The notes under the pieces: generated by a model
The model's database searches: none
What the model was told of the DNA's origin: nothing
What the model saw: only the letters and a program-made list of their open reading frames with translations
Position numbers and translations under genes: made by a program
Assembly (NCBI GenBank): GCA_964016885.1
Contig: OZ024740.1
Location: 121,334,001 to 121,398,000 of the forward strand
DNA length: 64,000 bases
Origin: Eledone cirrhosa
Lineage: Eukaryota
Direction of reading: 5' to 3'
Shown: one piece after another, positions 13,001 through 26,879 of the stretch
Position numbering within the stretch: position 1 is the first letter of the stretch
Layout of the letters: each line of letters begins with the position of its first letter

Positions 13001-15930
13001 AAAGTGACCAGTGAAAAACTCGGTACATCTACATATGTATACGTGTGTGTATTCATATGCATACTAGTATTTCAGTATACATATGTGGATGTACATTTTT
13101 AACTTAATTGTTTAAGCGTCAGTCATACAAAAGTGAGTTACAAACGAAACGAAATTTAATTTCGTTTCGTTATTTGTTTTTATCGTCTCCGTTGAACCGG
13201 TACGTACTTACGCTCTATGCAAATTAGTCTGCCCACTACTAATTTTCATAGAAAAAGCATATAACGATATGTGCTTTTACGATTCTCTAGAGAGGCCGGA
13301 AGATAGGTAAATATTGCTGATGAGATGTAACAACATCGAAACTAGTTCAATATTCCTTGCCTGGCTTTCTGGAGAATAGAGGAAAGGTGTTTCCTCAAAA
13401 ACCAGTATGACTCTAAAAACCGGTTTGTCTGTGTGTTTACATACAGAATAGCTGGACACTCACAGTAAAGTGACCAGTGAAAAACTCGGTACATCTACAT
13501 ATGTATACGTGTGTGTATTCATATGCATACTAGTATTTCAGTATACATATGTGGATGTACATTTTTAACTTAATTGTTTAAGCGTCAGTCATACAAAAGT
13601 GAGTTACAAACGAAACGAAATTTAATTTCGTTTCGTTATTTGTTTTTATCGTCTCCGTTGAACCGGTACGTACTTACGCTCTATGCAAATTAGTCTGCCC
13701 ACTACTAATTTTCATAGAAAAAGCATATAACGATATGTGCTTTTACGATTCTCTAGAGAGGCCGGAAGATAGGTAAATATTGCTGATGAGATGAAATAAC
13801 ATCGAAACTAGTTCAATATTCCTTGCCTGGCTTTCTGGAGAATAGAGGAAAGGTGTTTCCTCAAAAACCAGTATGACTCTAAAAACCGGTTTGTCTGTGT
13901 GTTTACATACAGAATAGCTGGACACTCACAGTAAAGTGACCAGTGAAAAACTCGGTACATCTACATATGTATACGTGTGTGTATTCATATGCATACTAGT
14001 ATTTCAGTATACATATGTGGATGTACATTTTTAACTTAATTGTTTAAGCGTCAGTCATACAAAAGTGAGTTACAAACGAAACGAAATTTAATTTCGTTTC
14101 GTTATTTGTTTTTATCGTCTCCGTTGAACCGGTACGTACTTACGCTCTATGCAAATTAGTCTGCCCACTACTAATTTTCATAGAAAAAGCATATAACGGT
14201 ATGTGCTTTTACGATTCTCTAGAGAGGCCGGAAGATAGGTAAATATTGCTGATGAGATGTAACAACATCGAAACTAGTTCAATATTCCTTGCCTGGCTTT
14301 CTGGAGAATAGAGGAAAGGTGTTTCCTCAAAAACCAGTATGACTCTAAAAACCGGTTTGTCTGTGTGTTTACATACAGAATAGCTGGACACTCACAGTAA
14401 AGTGACCAGTGAAAAACTCGGTACATCTACATATGTATACGTGTGTGTATTCATATGCATACTAGTATTTCAGTATACATATGTGGATGTACATTTTTAA
14501 CTTAATTGTTTAAGCGTCAGTCATACAAAAGTGAGTTACAAACGAAATGAAATTTAATTTCGTTTCGTTATTTGTTTTTATCGTCTCCGTTGAACCGGTA
14601 CGTACTTACGCTCTATGCAAATTAGTCTGCCCACTACTAATTTTCATAGAAAAAGCATATAACGATATGTGCTTTTACGATTCTCTAGAGAGGCCGGAAG
14701 ATAGGTAAATATTGCTGATGAGATGTAACAACATCGAAACTAGTTCAATATCCCTTGCCTGGCTTTCTGGGGAATAGAGGAAAGGTGTTTCCTCAAAAAC
14801 CAGTATGACTCTAAAAACCGGTTTGTCTGTGTGTTTACATACAGAATAGCTGGACGCTCACAGTAAAGTGACCAGTGAAAAACTCGGTACATCTACATAT
14901 GTATACGTGTGTGTATTCATATGCATACTAGTATTTCAGTATACATATGTGGATGTACATTTTTAACTTAATTGTTTAAGCGTCAGTCATACAAAAGTGA
15001 GTTACAAACGAAACGAAATTTAATTTGGTTTCGTTATTTGTTTTTATCGTCTCCGTTGAACCGGTACGTACTTACGCTCTATGCAAATTAGTCTGCCCAC
15101 TACTAATTTTCATAGAAAAAGCATATAACGATATGTGCTTTTACGATTCTCTAGAGAGGCCGGAAGATAGGTAAATATTGCTGATGAGATGTAACAACAT
15201 CGAAACTAGTTCAATGTTCCTTGCATGGCTTTCTGGAGAATAGAGGAAAGGTGTTTCCTCAAAAACCAGTATGACTCTAAAAACCGGTTTGTCTGTGTGT
15301 TTACATACAGAATAGCTGGACACTCACAGTAAAGTGACCAGTGAAAAACTCGGTACATCTACATATGTATACGTGTGTGTATTCATATGCATACTAGTAT
15401 TTCAGTATACATATGTGGATGTACATTTTTAACTTAATTGTTTAAGCGTCAGTCATACAAAAGTGAGTTACAAACGAAACGAAATTTAATTTCGTTTCGT
15501 TATTTGTTTTTATCGTCTCCGTTGAACCGGTACGTACTTACGCTCTATGCAAATTAGTCTGCCCACTACTAATTTTCATAGAAAAAGCATATAACGATAT
15601 GTGCTTTTACGATTCTCTAGAGAGGCCGGAAGATAGGTAAATATTGCTGATGAGATGTAACAACATCGAAACTAGTTCAATATTCCTTGCCTGGCTTTCT
15701 GGAGAATAGAGGAAAGGTGTTTCCTCAAAAACCAGTATGACTCTAAAAACCGGGTTGTCTGTGTGTTTACATACAGAATAGCTGGACACTCACAGTAAAG
15801 TGACCAGTGAAAAACTCGGTACATCTACATATGTATACGTGTGTGTATTCATATGCATACTTGTATTTCAGTATACATATGTGGATGTACATTTTTAACT
15901 TAATTGTTTATATATATATATATGCATGTT

Positions 15931-15992
<62 letters not shown>

Positions 15993-16214
15993 AATATATA
16001 TATATATATGGAAAAGAATGAAACGAAATTTCATTTCTCACTCTTTGTACGGCTGGCACTTAAATGTGAGTATGTATGTATACGTACATACATATATGTA
16101 TACAGACGTACATTAGTATGTATATATAAGGAACCATATAAATATTCTTAAAAATACTCTAGTTGCAATTTCTATTTCATCTTTTTTCCTTATATACATA
16201 TATACATATATATA

Positions 16215-17762
16215 TTACACAAAGAGAAATGTGTTACACAGTGAGATGTGTGTAAAGATATATTACAAGTGATTTTACCGTTACTGTATAGGGAACAAAA
16301 TCTACAGGTTAGCAATTAAATAGAAAAAAAAACAGATCAGAATCAAATCTCTGGAGTGGAAATTTAAATCACAAACCTTATAACTATATTTTGCTGATAC
16401 GACCCTAGCTTCGTTTCACCACTTATATGTGCAGTATCAGTCCACATGGAACATCAGTCAGCAAAATGCGAAAACTGAACACTGCACATCTAACCTCATG
16501 GCTAGAGAGATTGCAAATAGACACGCGGGCCAGAATGGGCGAAATCACGTGTTATTCGAATCAAATAACGGCTCTCATGGATTGAGGAAGATGCTAGAAA
16601 GTGCAGCCCAACCATGCGAATTATTAGCTCAATAATTTGGAGCTCATTAAGTATGCAAACATCGGAATTAAGAGTATTCCTCAGTTCACTGTAATAATAA
16701 TAATAATAATAGTATTATTAGCTCAAAGAAGAATAGAGAATTTCCTTTCGAGCTCAAATGCAAGTATATATTACACAAAGAGAAATGTGTTACACAGTGA
16801 GATGTGTGTAAAGAATTATTACAAGTGATTTTACCGTTACTGTATAGGGAACAATATCTACAGGTTGGCAATTAAATAGAAAAAATGTGGTCTGATACTG
16901 CACATATAACTGGTGAAACGAAGCTAGGTTCGTATCAGCAAAAAAAAAATTATAAGGTTTGTGATTTAAAATTCCAATCCAGAAATTTGATTCTGATCTG
17001 TTTTTTTTTATTTAATTGCTAACCTGTAGATATTGTTCCCTATACAGTAACGGTAAAATCACTTGTAATAATTCTATACACACATCTCACTGTGTAATAT
17101 ATACTTGCATTTGAGCTCGGAAGGAAATTCTCTATCCTTCTTTGAGCTAATAATACCATTATTATTATTATTACAGTGAACTGCGGAATACTCTTAATTC
17201 CGATTTTTGTATACTTAATTAGCTCCAAATTGTTGAGCTAATAATTCGCATGGTTGGGCTGCACTTTCTAGCATCTTCCCCAATCCATGAAAGCCGTTAT
17301 TTGATGCGAATAACACGTGATTTCGCCCACTCTGGCCCGCGTGTCTATTTGCAATCTCTCTAGCCATGAGGTTAGATGTGCAGTGTTCAGTTTTCGCATT
17401 TTGCTGACTGATGTTCCATGTGGACTGATACTGCACATATAAGTCGTGAAACGAAGCTAGGTTCGTATCAGCAAAATATAGTTATAAGGTTGGGATTTAA
17501 AATTCCAATCCAGAGATTTGATTCTGATCTGGTTTTTTACTATTTAATTGCTAACCTGTAGATATTGTTCCCTATCAGTAACGTTAAAATCACTTGTAAT
17601 AATTCTTTACACACATCTCACTGTGTAACACATTTCTCTTTGTGTAATATATACTTGCATTTGAGCTCGGAAAGAAATTCTCTATTCTTCTTTGAGCTAA
17701 TAATACTATTATTATTATTATTATTACAGTGAACTGCGGAATACTCTTAATTCCGATTTTTG
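16215..17762. mobile_element. Non-coding HHR-bearing unit (~556 bp) in partial tandem plus inverted partial tandem (PLE pseudo-LTR-like)
   Basis: The sequence at 16215 recurs at 16771. 16887-17762 is an inverted copy. Both ends lie in (TA)n. Confidence 0.75.
17398..17477 (+). ncRNA. Variant type I hammerhead motif (inverted copy at 16388-16467, minus strand)
   Basis: Stem I ATTTTGCTGA/TCAGCAAAAT (10 bp); core CTGATGt (A9 substituted); irregular stem II (ATGTG/CACAT); GAAA; stem III A-CGAA-gctagg-TTCG-T; GTA triplet. Confidence 0.6.
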
Positions 17763-17767
17763 TATAC

Positions 17768-17884
<117 letters not shown>

Positions 17885-17898
17885 TATATATGTATATA

Positions 17899-18120
17899 AG
17901 GAAAAAAGAGGAAATCGAAATTGCAACTGGAGTCTTTTTAAGAATATTTATATGGTTCCTTTACCGGTTTCTCAGTTCTTGTGCATTGAGAGAACATCCA
18001 CAAACCCACAATCTCAATTCTACTTTTGAAATGCACAAGGATTGAGAAACCGGTAAAGGAACAAATAAATATTCTTAAAAACACTCACGTTGCATTTTCG
18101 ATTTCATCTTTTTTTCTCAT
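17899..18120. repeat. Fold-back of a pLTR 3' fragment carrying half an HHR
   Basis: 17899-17987 is inverted relative to 18030-18118 and contains GAAA-CCGG-TA (palindromic ACCGGT). A third fragment lies at 16128-16190. Confidence 0.55.
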
Positions 18121-18172
18121 ACTTTCACTCGTATAGGACATCTCTTTTTTTTATTTTGTTAAAAAAAAACTC

Positions 18173-18221
<49 letters not shown>

Positions 18222-18229
18222 CATGAATT

Positions 18230-20155
18230 TGTTTTGCGAGGTTTTGATATACCACCTTTGTATGGGCTCCGCAACGACTATAAGACAGTTGACGACCCGA
18301 CAACAGGACCACCAACAAGACCTGTATGCGGAGCCAATATCACTACAGGATCTCCTACTTCCCCTCAATTATTATACACCCCATAATCAAGATGTCCCCA
18401 GATGTATGTGACAGTACAGTGGACCTCTTCACCAGAATCAGTGAGTGCAACAAAAACAAAAAACTATCCAACTGCATAATAGGCAGTATGGACGTGGTAT
18501 CACAATACCCATCCATTAACATTGATTTTGCTGTGGAAAAATGTGTGGAGATGATCGGTGGAGTTCTGCGACATCGACACAGACGAACTGGGCCTCCTAC
18601 TTAGACTTACCTATGACACTGACTACCTAGACAGCCATGACCTTAGCTGTTTCTGCCCCAGTAGACACATAAGAGGTAGAACCCCCACCATAACCTCAAT
18701 GGCAAAAAAGACTCCCATGGGAAGGTGGATTGTTTGGGCCAAAGCCATACTGACCCCCCAAAAACAACGATCAGGTAAGAAAAATGGTCGCATATCCAAT
18801 AGGGGCTAGTATAAAAACTACCCTAAAGGGCCACATATTCAAATTCAACGAGAAGATCTTCACGAAAAATGGAGGAGAAGCCATTGGCGTCCGCATAGCT
18901 GTTGAAGTTGACAATCTTGTTATGGTATGGTGGGAAAGGAGTCTCAAAGATCTTCTTGATGAGAGCTCCATAGACCTCATCATGTACTCTTGTTACGTAG
19001 ACGACATTAATATAGTAATAAGGACACCCCCACAAGAGAGCACTAACAAGCATGATTTAGAATGTAGCACAATGGAAAGCATCCAGCAGATAGCTAATTC
19101 CATACACCAGAGTATAACTGTTTACTATCGACTACCCTTCCAAACACCCTAACAGTAGACTACCTGCATTAGTCACGTAACTCTGGATTGACACTATAGA
19201 CGAGAGGGCCCAAATCCTCCACTTACAATACGCTAAACCCATGGCCTCCAAATACCTGATAGCAAAAACTCATCAATGTCCGGTAGTGCTAATTTTAATA
19301 TTCTGATCTCAGACTTGGTACGAGTGATGAAGAACGTGTCCCGCATGTGCGACACAACAGAAATGGAAAGACACATCCAACTCTTCATCAATCACATACA
19401 GTTCTCTGGCTACAACCAAAGAGACTGAATCAGATTATACGAAGGAGCCACGGAGAATTATAAGACCCTCATAGAACTGGACATGAAATGAATTTGCCAA
19501 TTATACAGGAGCAAACCATGAAATAGCTTAGATTAACAACATAGAAATTAAAATAATATCTAAACATAGAAATGACCCAGCTGAAAGGCAAATCAGAGAG
19601 GCAAGTAAAATAGAACTTAGAAGACCAAAGCTAAACCGAAAAAAGGAATGGAATAACAACAACACCCAAACAAACAATACTGACCTAAGAGAAATATAAA
19701 TAAATAAATAAATATATACACAATCACAATTACAACAAACACATATAAACACACACTAGTAAACTAAGATAGACTACAATAACCAAAACACAGTCACCCA
19801 AACGCGAACACACACCAAACACTATACACACACGCAAACGCATGCGCAGAGAAGAAATCGAAAATAAATAAATAAATAAACAGATCAAATAAAGATGACG
19901 TAGATATACAATACAAGAGGGGGAACATAATAGCACCACTGACGATGTTGCAGATGTGCAACGAAAGGCCTTTGTTAGCCTATATATATGTGTTTGTGTC
20001 TATATTATATCTGTATTTTTTTTACCGTTGGTCAATCAATGGTAAACATAGAAGACCGAATAAATTAACTGATAAAAATAATACAGAAGCGAAAAGTGTT
20101 ATTAATTCTGGCAATATTATTACAACAATATGGCCCTCTCCAAGTATAACAATAT
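18230..20155 (+). mobile_element. Decayed Penelope-like element (RT remnant plus 3' pLTR)
   Basis: Broken ORFs with RT motifs GSMDVVSQYPSI, HIFKFNEKIF...G.AIG and YVDDI. The element ends in tataacaa-(TA)n. The same terminal sequence recurs at 36170-36340 (-), 44040-44270 (-) and 44360-44520 (+). Confidence 0.8.
19932..19977 (+). ncRNA. Hammerhead motif in PLE pLTR (weak stem I)
   Basis: CTGACGA-t-GTTGCA-gatg-TGCAAC-GAAA-GGCC-TT, with palindromic AGGCCT as stem III. Stem I is poorly paired. Confidence 0.6.
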
Positions 20156-20167
20156 ATATATATATAC

Positions 20168-20266
<99 letters not shown>

Positions 20267-20462
20267 GATACATCTACCAAGAGTTTACGGTAGTGTCCAA
20301 TCCGTATGAAGAACTCAATGTAATCCGGATATCATGGAAAGAAGAGATGCATTCAAAAATCACATTCGGTGAAAGATAAACGGAATACAGAGTCAAGATA
20401 AAGTATTAAAAAAATAATGAATAAAACAATGAAACAGTTCCTTATATTAAACAAAAAAAGGC

Positions 20463-20612
20463 CATTATTTAACGATCCTTTCTAGGACATATATGTGTTA
20501 GAATTGGCATGCATATTCAACAGATCTATGTACAAAATTATACAAAATTATACAAACTATCAAATCTAATATACATACCAACACATACATATGCCGTCTT
20601 CAGAAATAATGA
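20463..20612 (-). ncRNA. Hammerhead motif, inverted copy of 24863-25013
   Basis: Reverse complement of the 24863-25013 motif, with one substitution in stem III. Confidence 0.65.
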
Positions 20613-20774
20613 AATATATTTATTGATAATAACAACAATTCAAAATTACAGGTCAGTTTGGGAACAGAGTTCAAATTGACCAATGAAATACACAAAAATA
20701 TATCAAGAAAATACAGTTAGGTGTGTGTATATATGTAAGTAACTTTGTTCACAGATATGCATAAGAATATATGT

Positions 20775-22395
20775 AAAAATAGATCTACCTTAACTTTGGA
20801 TGACATTAATATTATTACACATGCTAGACTAACACTTATTGAATTTCAGAATGAATACTGGACCAGAAACACATATAGTAATCTATTTGATATTACTATG
20901 GGTTCAAGCGATTCTGCCCAAATTACTGATCTTGCGGGCCTCTTTCTTCTTTTCAACATAAATGCTTCCTTTCCCCACCTTAAAGGTGGTTTATATCGTG
21001 ATGACTGTCTTCTTCTTTCCAACAACCTTAGCCTCTCAGAAATAGAAAAAAACAAAAAGCTTATTAGAACTTTCCTTAAAGACTATTATAGTCTTCATAT
21101 TACTTTTGAAAACACAAGTAAAGTAGTTAATTTCCTAGATATAACTTTAGACTTAGCTACGGGTATCTACCAACCTTACCATAAACCCAACCAAAACTTA
21201 CACTACATACACTCACAATATAATCACCCTAAATCTATCCTTAAAAACCTTGCATATAATATATCACTTAGAATTTCTAACCTTTCGTCTAACCAAGATG
21301 TATTTGATAAAAATGCGACCTTCTATAACGAAGCTCTAGATAGAAGTGGCCACAAAAATAGATTAGAATATATACCTTCTACTAAAAATACTATAAACAT
21401 ACAACCTAATATTACCAACAAACACCAAATGAAAAGTACACACCTAAATGCCACCCACACTGTACCCCAAAATACCAACAACTCCTCTAATATAATGTAT
21501 AGTAACTCTCAAAAAACTACTCATCATACAACTCTAATAAATGTTAATAATAAAACTCCTAATAAACAAGTTAAAACACCTAAATCAATAAATCTAACTA
21601 AAAATGTGCGTGGTGAGGTCATTAACATTAATCCTCCTAGTAAACATCACGATACAACCTATAAAAATAATAAACAACATAGAAACCGTAATAGACGAGT
21701 TACTTGGTATAATGCTCCATTTAATTTACAAATTAAGGATAATATTGCTAAAAAAAAGGTGTTATATCTTAGAGAAAAACTTCCCGCCAAACCACAAATA
21801 CCATCAAATCTTAAATAGGTCAACAGTTAAATTCTCATATTCAACAACCAAAAACATAAAACAAAATATAAGTGCCTATAATGCATATAAATGTAAAAAT
21901 ACCATAAGTATACCACCAATACATCAAACTAACCATAATATCTCCTCAAATACAGAATTAAAGAAAGGTTGTAACTGTAGAAACAAAGCAAACTGCCCAT
22001 TCAAAGGAAATTGTCTTGTTAACAACATAGTTTATAAATGTAAAGTTAAGACTAAAGATTCTATTTGCTCATATATAGGAGCTACTTCTAACAATTTTAA
22101 GGTAAGGTTTAATACCCACAAACATAGTTTTAAAAATGCCGCACTGGCTAATACAACATCTCTAGCAGAAAAAATTAATAGTTATAGAAATAAGAATATA
22201 GAATATGATATGACCTGGAGTGTGCTCAAAAGAGCCACCCCTTATCAAAATAATAGAAATGAATGTAGATTATGTTCCCAAGAACTATTTGAAATAATGA
22301 AATCTAAGGATATCCTATTAAATAAGCGACAGGAATTAATTATATCGTGTAATCATAAACTGAGAAAAACATTTAAATATTATAAACCTAATTAA
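20775..22395 (+). pseudogene. PLE reverse transcriptase C-terminal half plus GIY-YIG endonuclease, one frameshift
   Basis: RT motifs FDITMGSSDSA, GLYRDD, VNFLDITLDL, PYHKPN and NHP. A frameshift near the A-run at ~21750 leads to CNCR...CP..G.C, IVYKC, YIG, FK.RF..H..SF and C.LC..E...LLNKRQE...C.H. Confidence 0.92.
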
Positions 22396-22854
22396 TAATA
22401 TATATTTTAGAAATTAATATATAATTTAATTTAAATGTAGTTAACCTATAAATTTAATTTAATTAAATTCTACTACAGATGAGATTAAAAAATATTGTGT
22501 AATCATAAATTGTGAAAAACTTTTAAATATTATTAACATAATTAATATATACTTTGTAAATTAATTAATAGATTAATTTTAGTTTATTTAACATTTTATT
22601 AAAATTCCTTTACAGATGAAATATAACAAAATATCGTGTAATCAATAACAGAGAGAGATTTTTTAATATTATAAACCTAATTAATGTACAATTTAGAAAT
22701 TTATTTATAAATTAATTTTAATTTAGTTAACCTATAATTTTAATTTAATTAGCTTAACATTAAAATTCTAATACAGATAGATTGCAGAATATCATGTAAT
22801 CATAAACTGAGATACATTTTTAAATATATACCTAATTAATATATTCTTTACAAT

Positions 22855-22900
<46 letters not shown>

Positions 22901-23260
22901 TTTTAATTTTTGTTAACCTATAATTATATTCCACTATAGATAAAATACAAAATCTGCTTTAATTATTATAAACCTAATTAACATATACTATAGAATTTAA
23001 TATATAATTTTTAACTTAGTTAACCTATAATTTATATTCTACTACCGATGAAATACTTGATTTGGTTTTCCCTATTACTAAATTCATTTCCTAATATTGA
23101 TACCATAATGTTAATATTTTTAATTTAGTTATGCTATAATTAATACTCTACTACTGTTTAACTTCAAAATTCCGCTTTAAATATTATAAACCTAAGTAGT
23201 ATACACCTTAGAAATCAATATATTAACTATTTTTAATTTAGTTAACCTATAATTAATAGT
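22340..23260 (+). repeat. Degenerate ~140-160-bp AT-rich tandem repeat in the PLE 3' UTR
   Basis: The motifs atcgtgtaatcataaactgaga, ttataaacctaattaa, ttagttaacctataa and ttctactacagatga recur about 5-6 times. The first unit overlaps the last codons of the ORF. Confidence 0.7.
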
Positions 23261-23695
23261 ATACTTATATTAAAATGCATAATTTTGCCTTCTTTCTTAC
23301 ATTTCCTAATACTAAAACTACTATGTAAACACATATTATGATCTAAATGCAGATTAATATTCTTATTTACTATTTCCCACTAATAATTTTAATCCCCTTT
23401 CCCCCCACCTATAATTATTTGTATTTGTAAGCGTGGATGTATGTATGTGTATGTAAGTAGGTATGTATGTTTGAGTGTTTGTATGTGAGTATAAAAATAC
23501 ATATGTGCGCATGTAAATAAGTGTGTATGTCTATATATATATATGTATGTATATATATATGTATATATATGTATGTATATATATGTGTATGTATGTGTGT
23601 GTATGTATATGTCTATGTATATATATATGTGTGTATGTATATATGTATGTGTGCGTGTCTATGTGTGTATATATATTTGTAGAGGTGTGTGTATG

Positions 23696-23766
<71 letters not shown>

Positions 23767-23837
23767 ATAATTGTATGACTGTGTGTATTTATTTATTTAT
23801 TATTTTTTTTCTTTATATATATGTATATATATATGTG

Positions 23838-23914
<77 letters not shown>

Positions 23915-23948
23915 GTGTGTGTGTGTGTGTATGTATATTTATGTGTAT

Positions 23949-23980
<32 letters not shown>

Positions 23981-24862
23981 GTGTGTATGTATATCTCTTT
24001 ATTTATGTATGTCTGAGTTGTGTGAGTGTGTCGTTGTATGTGTATATACATACATGGATATGTGTGTGTGTGTGTGTATATATACGTATATATGTGTGAG
24101 TGTGAGTGTATATATATATGTGCGTGTATATATGTGTGTGTATATATGTGTGTATATATATATATATGTATATATATATGTATATATATATGTATATATA
24201 TATATATATGTATATCGGTGTGTATTTTATGTATGAGTGTGTATTCTATGTATGAGTATATATTTTATTTGTTTATTTTTTTAATATATTTCTTTTTATT
24301 TCTAAATTTATAGATACATTTTATAAATAGGCAGTTCTGACACCCTTAGTAATTACTGACCCCCTTCACCATCTTCTGCATATAAATATAAAAATGTATG
24401 TGGCAGTGTTTTTGTGTGTGCGCCTTAATATCCATGTAGTTATAATAATAATATATACATGTGTGAGTGTGTGTGTCTGTGTGTGTGTGTGTGTGTGTGT
24501 GTATGTTCGTGGGTATGTGTATGTTTATGTGTATATGTGCGTGTGTGTGTGTGAATGTATGTATATGTGTGTGTATATATGAATATGTATATATGTTTAT
24601 ATACGTATGTGTATTTTATCTGTAGATTATAAACATACAGAGACATTAGCCCTGAATTTTTGTATTTGCATACATTTTTTCGACATGCGTATACATGTGA
24701 ACATATATTCTTATGCATATCTGTGAACAAAGTTACTTACATATATACACATACCTAACTGTATTTTCTTGATATATTTTTGTGTATTTCATTGGTCAAT
24801 TTGAACTCTGTTCCCAAACAGACCTGCAATTTTGAATTGTTGTTATTATCAATAAATATATT

Positions 24863-25013
24863 TCATTATTTCTGAAGACGGCATATGTATGTGTTGGTAT
24901 GTATATTAGATTTGATAGTTTGTATAATTTTGTATAATTTTGTACATAGATCTGTTGAATATGCATGCCAATTCTAACACATATATGTCCTAGAAACGAT
25001 CGTTAAATAATGA
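24863..25013 (+). ncRNA. Type I hammerhead with greatly extended stem II in PLE pLTR
   Basis: Stem I TCATTATTT/AAATAATGA (9 bp); CTGAAGA; ~114-nt self-complementary stem II; GAAA-CGATCG-T-T, with palindromic ACGATCGT. Confidence 0.8.
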
Positions 25014-25070
25014 CCTTTTTTTATTTAATATAAGGAACTGTTTCATTGTTTTATTCATTATTTTTTTAAT

Positions 25071-25185
<115 letters not shown>

Positions 25186-25897
25186 GTTGGTTGTATACCA
25201 CACCGCAGTATGCAGATTGGAGCACTCGACGAAGTGCGCAGGTTGGTTTGGTTAGTCCGGAGTAATGTAAAATAAAATAAAATAAATAAGTCAAATGTTT
25301 AAAATTTGGTTTCGTTTATTACCTCTATATTTATTTCGGTGACAACCATCTTTGTCTGTGACCTCTTCAGGAAGTCCGAATTAGTGTGGTAGAGACGAGT
25401 ACACATGTTGTTTAGGTGTATAACTTTGTCAATACTCTGATATGTCCATTTCCTGGTTGGGTTGTTATTTCACCGTGGAACTGGAATCATATGAATTCAA
25501 ACAAACGAATTTCAGTGTCAAAGGGCCTCTTTTCCTCTCATTGGTCAGTTGTTAGAACATTCCTCAGTCAAAAGGCTATAGAAAATCGTTCTGAGACAAG
25601 CCACTCTGTAGTTGTTGTTCTTGTTATTGTTAGGTACATCTGAACTCTATTCTTGTGTTGGTAGTGTTGTTATTGTTGGAGTCAGCCAAAAAAAGTGATA
25701 AAGTAGTAGAAGGAATATGATGGCAAAGGAACAAAATAGAGTAAAATAATATAATCGAATAACATGTGTGTGTGTTATACCCATCTCAATGTTATAAAGA
25801 TTTGTAAGGTCAAACTTCCCATTGGTCAGTTTTGAGAACATTCCTCAGTCCAAAGTCTATAGAAATTCTTTCTATAGACTTTCTATATATATATATG

Positions 25898-26003
<106 letters not shown>

Positions 26004-26104
26004 AAGTTATATTTAAATTATTGGGTTAACAACGAGTAAATATTTATAACTGATATAAAAGCACTCAACAAGTATTTGGAGTATATTTATGATATTAAAT
26101 AAAT

Positions 26105-26332
26105 GGAAACTATATTTATAAAACCATATTTATTTCGTTATATATATTTCAGGGATATCATATTAACAATATGTTATGCCTTCTTCAGACAAAATACAAT
26201 ATAAACAGTCTTATAAATAAATAGATACGACATACCTTTCAATCACCTTGCATTTGGGAGGTTGATTTGGCAGTGAAGAAGAAGAAGAAGAAGAAGAAGA
26301 AGAAGAAGAAGAAGAAGAAGAAGAAGAAGAAG

Positions 26333-26363
<31 letters not shown>

Positions 26364-26593
26364 CAATGATGATGGTGAGAGTGTAGGTCAAAGGAGGTGA
26401 CTAAGCCAATAGTGAGTTTAAAAGAAACCAAATCAACTTCCCAAATGCAAAGTGATTGAAAGGTATGTCGTATCTATTTATTTATAAGACTGTTTATATT
26501 GTATTTTGTCTGAAGAAGGCATAACATATTGTTAATATGATATCCCTGAAATATATATAACGAAATAAATATGGTTTTATAAATATAGTTTCC
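26105..26593. repeat. Fold-back: ~165-bp inverted arms, each with an HHR, around a (GAA)n tract
   Basis: 26105-26270 is the near-perfect reverse complement of 26428-26593. (GAA)n lies at 26276-26362. Confidence 0.85.
26502..26567 (+). ncRNA. Type I hammerhead motif (inverted copy at 26131-26196)
   Basis: Stem I TATTTTGT/ACGAAATA; CTGAAGA; 14-position stem II with two mismatches; GAAA-TATATA-T-A, with palindromic ATATATAT. Confidence 0.7.
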
Positions 26594-26699
26594 GACTACA
26601 GCGCCGATTAGAACTCATAACAACGAATCTGCTTCGTTGTACTATGACATATTTTCAAAGCATGTACATTAGCTCATCTTATCAGATTACTCTAATTTC

Positions 26700-26730
<31 letters not shown>

Positions 26731-26780
26731 AGCTCATCTTATCAGATTACTCTAATTTCACTTATATATATATATAAATG

Positions 26781-26875
<95 letters not shown>

Positions 26876-26879
<4 letters not shown>

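Larger units (their letters stand above)
9754..15910 (+). repeat. Tandem array A: ~13.2 x 466-bp non-coding monomers, each with a hammerhead ribozyme (retrozyme-like)
   Basis: Exact 466-bp period (ORF track repeats at 10015, 10481, ... 15607). Only a few SNPs separate copies. The array ends in (TA)n. Confidence 0.97.

Noticed and set aside
10015-15789. Repeated 60-aa minus-strand ORF in array A
   Set aside because: Non-ATG start, no recognisable domain, start lost in one unit, and antisense to the ribozyme. It is a by-product of the repeat.
23440-24620. Long YIYI/CVCV ORFs (also at 55616, 60714 and elsewhere)
   Set aside because: Translations of dinucleotide microsatellites.
25320-25378. 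Minus-strand HHR-like motif CTGAAGA-GGT...ACC-GAAA-TAAA-TA
   Set aside because: Stem I does not pair and stem III is broken. It is at best a decayed relic, so it is not listed as a feature.
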